Source of the DNA: Catajapyx aquilonaris | Taxonomy: Eukaryota | Reading direction: 5' to 3' | Assembly: GCA_000934665.2 (NCBI GenBank) | Contig: JYFJ02001487.1 | Coordinates: 1-64,000 of the forward strand | Length of the DNA stretch: 64,000 nt | Shown: piece after piece, positions 50,002-64,000 of the stretch | How positions within the stretch are numbered: position 1 is the stretch's first letter | Layout: every line of letters begins with the position of its first letter | Notes under the pieces: model-generated | Database searches by the model: none | Seen by the model: only the letters and a program-made list of their open reading frames with translations | Told to the model about the DNA's origin: nothing | Made by a program: the position numbers and the translations under genes

Positions 50002-53000
50002 CGCTCGCCTGGCCCCCGTATGGAACGAAGAACGGTCTAGACCACAGCGCCCTCCCCCCGGAGGCTATAGCCATAGACTTCTATCGGCTGGAGGCGACAC
50101 CTGCCCCAGCAGACATGCAGTCTCAGGCGGGCATCTGCGAAAATGGAACACAAGGAAATTGTTCGAATTCCATTGTCGATTGTCTGGACCCTGTCTAGAC
50201 TGAACATGTCTCGTCAGGTCGTACATGTACTGTACCTGCTGCACTGTTGAGCACAAGATGACTGTTTGGCTGGTAGAAAAAGCAGAAGTGTTTACACTCT
50301 AGAGGAAGCTGCTGACATGACATCAGCAATGCAGCATCATGTTGCAGTTTATTGCTGATTAGGCTGCTATGCCAATTACATGGAGGCAAAGAAGCTGGCT
50401 GTATAACGCGTCAAACATTGCTGACAATGCTATCTATACCATATGTGCATTGACCCTTTCTTATTGTCAACACTAAACAGGCAAATCATGTGCCCAGGAA
50501 GGATGACGGCATTTGCCCCACTATAAGTTACTGCTAATGTAGCAGTACCGTACTGCTAAGTACTTCCACACATGTCGGACGCACTTCTTGTTTTAGTTGA
50601 TTAAATCCTATGGATAATGGGTGTTGTGCAGGTGCAACAGGCCGTGGGAATGGCAGCGTAATAAAGACACGGTCAAGGCTGAATGTCAACCAAAGCGACG
50701 GAGACTCCCTGGTTGGCGGTGGGGTTATCTCCAGCCTGGTGTCAGGTGATAAGCAGCAATTTTTATATTAATTCACATGTCATCCTGTGCGAGAATATTA
50801 TTAGCAGCCTTACTGCCAGATGATACGAGCCAAAAGCTGTAATAAAGTATAACGTTGAGGATACGTAACCAACTCGGTGGAGGCACATAAAATACTCCAT
50901 ACAACCCATACACTAATTAACACTGACTTTATTACAATATCTTTATGTGATTGATCTTAATTGCCCAGCTACTTCAGCCTTTACAAACATTAAATGCAAA
51001 GCTGAAGTTTTTGAAAGCTCAAAAAAAGTATTGGACCTCAACATGAGTAAACTGTACAATATCACTTTGATCGCCACAAGAATAAATTTGACACATCATA
51101 AGCCATAATACACAAAATAACATAATACAACATTTGAATACAAGTGGAAGTAGGATCTTACATTGAATTCTTTAAGTACTGACACATATCATGCTGGAAC
51201 AAGGTTTGGTCCCCTTGGAATACATGGCCACAAGTGGAAGGCATTACATTATTTTAGTAAACGTGGCACTTTAGGAAGAATTCGAGTAATGTGAGTCATA
51301 CCTTAAAATTGGATCCGGTAAAGAATAATACACCCAAATGTCGTAGGATATCAGCACAAAATATTCTCAAGACACTTTCTGGTCCTTTTCTTACGGATGA
51401 ATGTCTGCAATAATTCTGTGCCGAGAGTACCTGAGTAAGTACCTGTCACATGACTGATGGCTCATGTCTTCTGTCCTGCCCGTATCTTTCAGCCAAGCTG
51501 TTTTAGAGTACATTCATCGATACTTTTGGAGATACACCAGTTTAGGAGTGTTTCCATGAAAGGGATGTCAGCAATGTCAAGGTGTAGTATAATTAAAATT
51601 GTGGTGATCCAGGGCAGTAGCATGTGACAAGCACTCACTCAAAATTCCTACTCGAGTAACAGACGTACATAAAATGGCAGCCTTTGGTGGCAGACAACAA
51701 TATTAATATTGAGCTGGAAAAACGAGGAGAAATGATAGATTGTAAATGACAAATGAACACACCCTTGCTATGGAACTACGACTAGGTACAACTTTCAAAA
51801 GAGATTCGCAGTTTTAGCCGTAACATGACTTGTTATAATATATATTATGTATATGCTAGTTAATGATCTTCAATTAAGAACTATTCGCCCTATGGACACA
51901 ATAATACCAACCTCTTGGGAGAGGCAGCAATGATTGATTTTTGCAACCATTATCACATGTTTTCACCATAAAACTAGTCACCTAAAAATACAAACTAGCT
52001 TTGGCTTTGTCGCATCATATATCACTAATAAAACAATTTGATACCGTAGTTGGAAAAAAAAAATGGCCCCACTTTTGCACTCCTCCCGGCAAATTAGACT
52101 AGATTGTGGCAAAGTGTGAAGGATTGGACACTGATACACGAAAACAAACAAACACACAAGATACATGATCCGTTCCCCCCGTTCTCTTGCCAACTGCATG
52201 AGGCCCAATTGCAATATTCTTTCAAGAAAGCTCATCACATACATCAGGTTAGCACATACACGTCTGCGTGCAAGTTTCTCCAAATTTTCAACAACATCTG
52301 TCAGTGCAGAAGTCAACGCGGTAGAAAACAAATCAGTAAGAAAATGCATTTTACGAGTATATGTATTTCAAACCCTTGTTCACAAGAGCGCAGTAGCTCT
52401 TCAGTCTGATGTTCTGCTTTGCTCCTATTCTATGAAACATTTTCTCGTGATCTACCCGGATCTACCACTATCTCAGCTACACATACTTTCCCTGTGAGCA
52501 GGAAGTGACTGTTACACTGCAGCTGTCAAGGCCAGTCATAGAGCCAAGCCTAATATGAATTCTCAGATTACCGTACAAATCAAATGACACTGCCCATGTA
52601 CTTTGAGGTTTTTTTTCCTCGTTACAACATTACGAAATCAACATGGCCGTTGGAAGTCAGATTACCAGAATAAGAAAATAGTCTGTTTCCTAAGTACTAG
52701 CCTACATTTTGTGGACGAATGTAAACTGAACTGTAAGTCTACTGATAAAATCATGTAAATTTGCCATAAATATTTTTCTGATCTTTTCATAAAGTTGCAA
52801 ATAATGCGCCTCTACACACCATTATTGCACATCACATATTATAAACCACTATCTCCGCCATCATAATTCATATGGCCCACTTGGCTTTGTTCAATTGAGC
52901 ACCATTAAGTTGGCAAGTGAAGGAATGGGATACACACTACTAAACACACCTTACCAGACTATCGAGCCTCCAATTGGTGCACAAGAATGTTTCAAAATTC

Positions 53001-53745
53001 ATCTCTTGACAAATGGTAACCAAATTCTCAGGGTTACAATGTCGAGTTACAAAAATTCAAACAAGCCTGTGGCTCACAATTAGTTTGGTGCCTTACTACG
53101 TGTGTCATTAACAGAACTCATCATTGTCATGGCACTACAACAAGCTCATGTGCCTGCTTCAGGCATTGACGTTATTTATTGTTGCCATAAAAATTGGTTT
53201 TGAAAAATTAATGCCCCAGGGTTGATTTGATCAATACCTTCAGCTCTCTATTAAAATATATCAAGTGAATTTCTTATGTTACAATTGATCAGAACCATTT
53301 GAAACTGAACAAAAATACGTCAAAATTTCATCGTGTTGAGAGAGCATACGTATATTTTTCGTTGTGTAACTCCTGTTATACCGGATTTAGTTACACAACT
53401 TTGTTGCACACTTCCCTTCACGCTATGCCAACAAAAACGCCAGAAATGACTGCATTTACAAGCATATAAGACAAGCCTATCCTGTAAAATTAAAATTTTA
53501 AAAGTTCTAGTATGAACTACTACTTTGCAGTACTGCACTACTGCTTCAGGTAATCAAGTGCGCAGCAGGCAAGCATTGGAAAATGCATCGGACAAAATAT
53601 ATGCATCTGCCACTAATTTCTGGGTGAAGTAACCAGCGATCACCCATCGCACTCTAAAAAGTGTATCAATGCAGGCTTTCAATATAAAAATCGTACGAAT
53701 GTCTTACAAAAAAAAAGTTGTCTTATATGCAAGTAAATATGGGAA

Positions 53746-55664
53746 TTAATTCCCATTCTTGTTAACCATTGCATACTCTGACTCATTGCACTTGTAATGC
53801 AGCAGGGATTCCTCGGTTGGCTTGGCACCAGGGGTAGGCTTGTTGATAGTAGCATAGCCAGCGTGTGAGTCGTCAGCTGGCCTGCAGCTGCTCAGCCCTT
53901 CCTCCTGGAAGCTGGCATATTCGTATTCATCAGACTGCTTCCACTGCTGCTGGTTCGAGTTCACCCTGCGGTAAATGTGTCCGCTTGAGGTGGACGCATC
54001 TGCTGAGATTGCACTGGCAAAGGCAGCAGCCTGAGTGGAGAACGAGCCCCCAGGGCTTACTGGAGTTGTTGGAGACTGCACTCCAAAGTGCTGCAGGTGG
54101 TCATATCCTTCTTCCGTGTGAGGTGGTTTGGTTGATGAAACAAACTTGGTGCCCTCAGGCTTTGGAGGGATGAATGTAAGTGAGGAATCAGGGGTCGTGG
54201 TGGACGAAAGGAGTGAGGAAGTGGTGAGGGTTAAGGGAAGCTTCCGAACTGGGGCACTTATTTGCTCCTGGTTGAAAAAGAAAATCATGAAGGTAGTAAA
54301 CACATCATGATAATTATATCCGTTGAAACACCAACTGCGGCTGTACCAACCTTCTCAACATGAAGTACTTGATCCACTCCCATGGTTTTCCATGCCTCAG
54401 TCCTGACCTCAACCAAGTCGTAAGTGTGAGAAGTCTCACCACGTCTTGGATTGGGCAATGGAGGCCTTGGTTTGGCTAAATCCTCGGTTGATGCAGAATC
54501 CGTGGGAATTGATTTCTTGGATGACAACACGTTCTTCCGAGGAGGTTTGGCTGGTTTCTTTTTTACGGACTCTACAGGCTTAAGCGTGTCTGGCAACTCT
54601 GGCACATCCACACTTGTTTCCTTTGACATGAACGACGATTCTCTTGATGTAATAGAAGGTACCTCCATCTCCCCTGTACTCATCCGTTCAATGTTCCTCA
54701 GTGTCTCACCCAAGCAGTGGTGTATCTCCTGGCTCTTTGGGTGTGAGAATTTGAACACACCTTCGCCCGACTGACAATGTCGACCTGCTTCAAACTGGAA
54801 CCGAGATCCTCTGTGACCATATTTGCGTATATGCTGGTATGGCCATGTGCACAGTATGCGTCCGTCATCATCCCCTCCTTGAGCCCTGAGGGTTTATGGT
54901 AAAAATTAAATCAACACCAATGGCAAACACTGTATTTTTCCCTGGGACATTTCAGGGACGTTCAATAAACATATGAAGCAAAGTATGCAGATTTGGAAGA
55001 TGAAGCTTTTTACCGTAGGATTAATGCATTGCGACCAAGGACCAAGGTGAAAGTTCCTCGCATGCCGCATCGTTCTGATGCCTCCGTCTCCACGATCTCC
55101 ACACTGAACACCCCACTTTCTGTGGAGTAGTACAGAACATTCTCCTCCTCGCAGTCCTCTTCCGCGTAGTGGAAATAGTGGACAGCACCTTTCCCACCGA
55201 AAGCCACTTCTTGCAAGGAGCCAATCCATTCCGACATTTCCTGAGCCGTTGTTGCTGACAGGTGATACGACTGTGTCTTTGTCGTGATCTATTAAAAATT
55301 GACGGTGATTAATACTCCCATTAGTCACCCTGCTGGTAAACTTACGAGGAACACATGAGGCTGGTGCTTCTGCGGATCCTCCGTGATTTTGATGCATTCT
55401 TCTAAGGCAATTATCTTGGCCGAGGAAGTCCTGGCTACCTGCTCCTCCGACTCGAATACCTCCAGTCGATCCACACCCTGATTGCTAGCATTATACAGCT
55501 GGCAGTACTTTTTCTGCCATTTCTGAAAACAATTGTTGTTATCATTGTTCCGGTAAAACTCTGTGCATACGTAGTTCCCCTGCAACAATCACCTTGAGCT
55601 GGCTGAGTATCCCATGCGGAGGGAACAGCAGGTACCCTTCCTTAACCGACGCACCAGACTTCAT
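53746..55664 (-). CDS. Dok: Docking protein Dok (PH + IRS-type PTB adaptor with Tyr-motif tail)
   Basis: Exons 55664-55593, 55522-55346, 55288-55014, 54885-54351 and 54267-53746 are phase-consistent. PH domain: VKEGYL..KKWQKKYCQLY..GVDRLE..EMSEWIGSLQEVAF. Linker: EENVLYYS. PTB domain: WPYQHIRKYG..FQFEAGRHCQSGEGVFKF. Tail motifs: YDLV, YDHL, YRRV, YATI, YAMV. Confidence 0.92.
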
Positions 55665-57468
55665 CGAATCGCCACTGCAACAGAAAATGCATTACAATCC
55701 ACACAAAAAGGAACACCTTTTGTTGTACTTACATTCCAATACTTCTGTAGTGTTTGGCTGCTTATTCCTTTTTGCAAAATAATAAAAAAAAAGAACAGGG
55801 TGTTGCCTCTCTTCCTCCTCCCCCCTTTTCCAGACCCTTTTTTTCCCCCCTCTCTTTCCTTCTTATCCTTCCTTACCCCGCCCTGAGTATTTAGTCCCCC
55901 CAGTTGTTTTCCTGCTTCAGCTGCAGATAAGAGCTGACCTTGGACTGGACGCCGCCATGTTTTCCTCTGAAGGGATAACCACAGACAGTGGTGCCAACTG
56001 GTACGGGTCAATACAAAAACGTGAGATCTTGCAACACATCACGTTTTGAGCAAACCGCATTTTAACTCACATTCTATTACGGAATTAACGCATAATTAGT
56101 ATTCTAATAAGATTATAATGCCAATTTACATATGTATGTTGGCCAACAGTAGAAGACGCTGATTGCAACGATTGGCTGCTCGGTACAGAAGCCTGCTACT
56201 GATTGGTTGAACTGATTGCGCGGTTGGTACATGTAAACCGGTGTAAACGCGATGTGTTGGCCAATGAGAATGTTCGGTCCTTGTAATAAAAAAATTTACC
56301 TGTTGCATGGCCATCGGGAAGTCTGCCCATGTTTCCGCCCCTGGTTCTGCCCCGGGGCCGATTTTCCGCGCTGTTGTCCCATTTAAAAAAGAAAGACCTT
56401 GTTTTTCTCCACAGATGTTTAAAATGCAAACTGTAATAATTGTCACCAATGTTAAATTGGTCAAATGCAACAACGTAAGTAGCATGCTGTCATGGATGTT
56501 TTATTCAAACTCTAAAAATTAAATATGTATTTATAATCACAAGACTGGCAATGTTTTGTCAATACAATACTCTAATGCCACTAGACAGGAAAATCATTTT
56601 TAATATAGAATATTCAACCAACTTGTTAAAAATATCAGTATAGTCTCTTCAGACTTTTAACGTTTCAGTGCATGTGACTATTGTTTAGGAATCGCAATTT
56701 TAATGTTACCATTATTTATGCAACCAGATAATGGTACACCGAAGTAATTAATAATAAGAGACTGTGCACTGTGGCTTTTATTAGTAATGAAAGACTGATT
56801 TAGAATGTCTGTACCTTTCTGTGGATGTATATAGGTGATGTTGTAGGTGGCAAACTCATTTCGCATTTGTCATTTCTGATTCTAATGAAATCCCTTGATG
56901 GAATGAGACAATTTTATTGTACTGTACAGTTCAATAAATATATTTTAGGGGCGGTAGCCCCTAAGCAATACCGTACAACAATTTTCAACTATGAATTTTT
57001 CAACATCTTGTTGTTGTTGTTACGCTTTTTTTTATTCGCCCTAACTCAAATTCAGCTGCATGTAAAGCTTCCACATTTTGAACACAGATCCCCACCGTTG
57101 TGAAGTGCATTCCTACCATTTACAGCTAAACCCAATTCCTCTTCACAACACCGCAAAAAAAATAATTTAAAAACCCTAAAAAATACGTTTCTATTTTATT
57201 TATTTTTTGCTCAATAACTATTCAGGATTTGGTTTCTTCATCAAAGGGACGAATGCGCAGTAGGATGTGCGGATCAATGTTCAAAACCTCGCAGTTCCAC
57301 CTGCTGCAGGATTTAAGTTCTGATTTTTTTTTCACCAATTTTTTCTGTCAAATACTTCATTTTGTTCATGATTCCATCACCTAGCAATGTCAATTCCTAT
57401 TTACACCTCGCCATATTGTTAGCGAAATGTTACCCCGCTGCTCTGGGGTGAGCGGATTGTACTTTTTA

Positions 57469-57894
57469 CAGTTTAATCCAGATATAACAACCTCGGCTAT
57501 AACTACAGACTTTTGGTTATAAAGGCAGGTCCTGGCATGCTTCCATAAGGCCCTGTGTATATTTCACTCCTGACATACATACTCATTTTCACCTCACCAC
57601 TGGTCATTTCTTGGCCCTCGGTGGGAAAAGATAGTTTTCCAGGCACAAAATTCGCACAAAGGAGACGGAAGAAGAAAATTTCGGATATTTTGGTCCTTCA
57701 TAATTCTCGGGTGAGCTAATAGTGCATTTTTGACACATTTCATTAATCCGTATGTAGTCTAGTAGTGCATATTGAAGCCATATGGAAAGCAGAAATCTCT
57801 GTTTTCATTACGTGACGATTTGGCTATAACAGACCTCGGTTATAACAGACTTTTTCCGCGCTCTCTTGAAGTCTGTTTTATCTGGATTCAACTG
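57469..57894. mobile_element. Tc1/mariner (pogo/Tigger-like) MITE
   Basis: Left TIR CAGTTTAATCCAGATATAAC versus reverse complement of the right end CAGTTGAATCCAGATAAAAC (18/20 match). TA flanks both sides, and there are subterminal GGCTATAAC/GGTTATAAC repeats. Confidence 0.85.
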
Positions 57895-58881
57895 TAGGCT
57901 ATCCCTTCGCTACCTGCTATATCGCCATCGCCAAGTATTACCGGCCAACTCTTAAGCTGATTTAATTCTAAAATTATGCTAGGCCTACAGTATATGCGGA
58001 ATATCTACCTTGTGAAATGTTCCAGACGAATTTTCTGAAATCGTCGCATTTCGCTAATAAAGGAGTTTGGGAGTTTTCAGATGTGACGGAGGCAAGCGGC
58101 AGGTAAGTATTGATTGAATTCTTGCAAAGTACCACGATTTCAGAAAATTCGTCTGGTACAGTTCTCAATGTATATATATTCCGTATATTTTAGCGTGTAG
58201 GCTATTTCATAATTAAGACTAACCGTTGTCTGGTGGCACTCAAGTTTGGTTTTTTTACGACTCTCTCTGTGAAAATCATTTTAGGAACTTAAGCGACAAA
58301 AAATCGTCTCCAATACATTCATAGTGCAGAGCATAAACGTGTTAGTATGATATGATACGTATATCACTGTAGCTGTTATTATTTGTAAAATATCTTGTCC
58401 TTGTCTTCAGAGTACGAGTAAGCTACAACCTACGTAGGCGATGGTGGTACATCTGACATTGCGAAGAGGTTTTAAAAAATAACACTTAAATAAGAGCAAA
58501 AACATTCCCTCCAGCGAAAAAAAATGGTAGTGAGACCTCCGTGGTGGAATGAAAGTACTGAAACAAGGCAGGCGCACGTAAGACCCCTCACCAATTAAGC
58601 TGTACCATAGGTCTTACTCAAGCAATTCTCTAGTACTGTATGGAACGGCTCGTAAAAACTACTGCTGCAAACTACTCACAATGTCAGAGCAGTAGGTAGG
58701 ATTTTATTTTGAAAAGAAAAAAATTGGTAAAAAAAACTCGAAAAAAACTAAACCCATCCTAACAGACTATAGGACATTTTCGTTCCTGAAAATGCAAACT
58801 CCAATCGAAAAAGACCCTCTAAAATTCACCAATTAACGTTTACATGTGAAAAATTAAACATTAGAGTTAAAATCAGCATCT

Positions 58882-59110
58882 ACCGAAGCAGTATAGTGGA
58901 TATGGTGTCCGACTGTTAATCGGGAGGTCCTGGGTTCGAATCCCGGAGGCCGGCGATCCTGACCTTGGTTTTCTGTGGTTTTCCAAGGTCACCCCAGGAA
59001 TAATTTCCGGGATCGTACCGTAAAATAGGCCACAGCCGCTTCCTTCCTTTCCCTGTCCTGGAGGAGGTGCGGGTCAGTGGGGGATTTCTTACTCGCATCT
59101 AGGGGTCATC
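58882..59110 (+). mobile_element. tRNA-derived SINE (Asn-GTT-like head, insect-type SINE core)
   Basis: A-box-like CAGTATAGTGG, anticodon arm TCCGA-CTGTTAA-TCGGG and B box GGTTCGAATCCC, but no proper acceptor stem. It is followed by GGTTTTCTGTGGTTTTCC..CCAGG..CCGGGATCGTACC..AATAGGCCACAGCCGCTTCCTTCC, which resembles the core of widespread insect tRNA-SINEs. The 3' end is approximate. Confidence 0.8.
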
Positions 59111-59759
59111 TTGGCGATGCCAATGCATGATAAATTTCGAGTAGGCCTACTCCCGAAATTAAGGCGTCTAAGGTCCCACGTCACGGTCACATACTTCCGC
59201 ATTTGGGGTCCCTGGACAACTTCTTCCCAGCGTGCCCATATGGCAAGACGGCACTGGGTGTGTAATGGTGCTCAATTTTTTACCTGCATTACTGATTCTT
59301 TGCCCATCTACATTTTGGCAACAAGAGTGGGTCAGAGTAATTTTTGACAACAATTCTGTCGCCTTCCAGCCAGCACATGACCCTTATTATTACCATACCT
59401 CCATTACTTCATCTGTCACAACAGCAATTGCAGAAGTTACCAGGCAGTGCCTGAGGAGCCAGTGCTGTTATTGTTGGGCCAGTGTGTCTTCGGGGATCAT
59501 CCCAAGGCTCCCAAGTGGACATAAACCCATCTTCCATGAGCTGCTCGTTTTAGGACAGGTGGCTGGTAAATCCCCTCCTCCTAAAATTCAACCAGCAATG
59601 TTCAAATTGCTGCGAAAATGGCTCCCAAATTCACCAACATGTGTATATGAATGATGTTAATCACATTTACCGACGAGCCCGCGGGAAGCGGCGCCACCAA
59701 CATCCTCAATTTTTGAATTTTTGAATATATAGTTTTTAAATTTTGAATTTTTGAATAAA

Positions 59760-59957
59760 TATTTGGATTTTACATTGGATTTTTTGAATAAATTAATATT
59801 ATTGTGAATTTTACATTGGATTTTTTGAATAAATTTATATTATTGTGAATTTTACATTAGATTTTTTTGAATAAATTAGTATTATTGTGAATTTTACATT
59901 GGATTTTTTGAATAAATTAATATTATTGTGAATTTTACATTGAATTTTTTGAATAAA
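59760..59957. repeat. AT-rich minisatellite, ~5 copies of a 41-42 nt unit
   Basis: Units of TTACATTGGATTTTTTGAATAAATTAATATTATTGTGAATT start at 59770, 59811, 59852, 59894 and 59935. Confidence 0.9.
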
Positions 59958-60287
59958 ATGAAGACTGTCTGTGAATAATTTTTTTTGCGTCAACCAACAT
60001 AAGCAATAATTATACGCACCTGTGAATGGGTTAAATTCGCGAAAAATATGCAAACAGACGGGTTTTTTTCCACTTTAAATTCAAATAATGGCGCGTCCAC
60101 CACATTGGCATTTTGGAATTTACACTAATAAACAATTAAATCTAGAAATGCTGCCATTTACTTATAATTTTTTTTACTTCATTCTATTTCTTTTTTAAAT
60201 ATTAAAAAAATGTGCCAACTTCCCCCCCCCCCCCCCATTCTCCACCCTCTCCTCTTCCCCCCACCTGCCCCCACCACCACGGGACCA

Positions 60288-60322
60288 GTGACGTCACGTC
60301 CATGTGACCTCCAACATGGCGG
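60288..60322 (+). promoter_or_regulatory. Putative PI4KIIalpha core promoter (CRE, E-box-like site, YY1-type CAACATGGCGG)
   Basis: GTGACGTCAC at 60288-60297, CATGTGAC at 60301-60308 and CAACATGGCGG at 60312-60322. They follow a C-rich tract and lie ~240 nt upstream of the first coding exon. Confidence 0.45.
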
Positions 60323-60556
60323 AATGCAGATAAAGTGGTGCGGAGGTGGAGAAGGTAAAATAATACTGGCCAAATCTCATTCCAAGTCTCGGCCTCCCCC
60401 TTGTGATTAACTCAATGCTTTTTGGGGTTCAGGCTTTGTCCATCAGCTTTGAGGGTACAGGAGCAGGGCTTGTGAGAAGGGCAGGGGAAGGGATATCTCG
60501 AAGGAGGAGAGGGGGGATATCCTCTGGTATAGGGAGAGAGCCTGTAGGGCAGGCAG

Positions 60557-63986
<3,430 letters not shown>

Positions 63987-64000
63987 TAGCAAGTTAAGTA

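Noticed and set aside
58882..58955. Functional tRNA-Asn(GTT)
   Set aside because: The acceptor and D stems do not pair, and a SINE core follows directly.
59232..59654. 140-aa plus-strand ORF
   Set aside because: No motif and no supporting splice structure.

Overview
Eukaryotic genomic DNA, most likely arthropod (judged from gene content, short GT-AG introns and an insect-type SINE). It is gene-dense, and I rebuilt the spliced gene models by hand from the splice signals. In order: NT5C2-like 5'-nucleotidase (+, N-terminus unresolved); an uncharacterised DUF7153-like gene (-); METTL25 (-), whose ATG lies only 76 nt downstream of the stop codon of LTO1/ORAOV1 (-), a probable dicistronic or shared-promoter unit; a THAP-finger / 11x tandem repeat / catalytically dead ISL2EU(PHIS)-type transposase-derived gene (+), head-to-head with LTO1 across a double-CRE promoter; ornithine aminotransferase (+); two convergent CNNM/unextended Mg2+-transporter paralogues (+ and -); Dok adaptor (-); and the 5' half of PI4KIIalpha (+). 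Intergenic and intronic DNA holds two TA-type Tc1/mariner-like MITEs, a Harbinger-like MITE pair, a tRNA-derived SINE and small tandem repeats. The most interesting region is 13.0-21.4 kb: the LTO1-METTL25 candidate dicistron and a candidate domesticated transposase carrying 15 TQT (LC8-binding-like) motifs. No database searches were run; family calls come from motif recognition.
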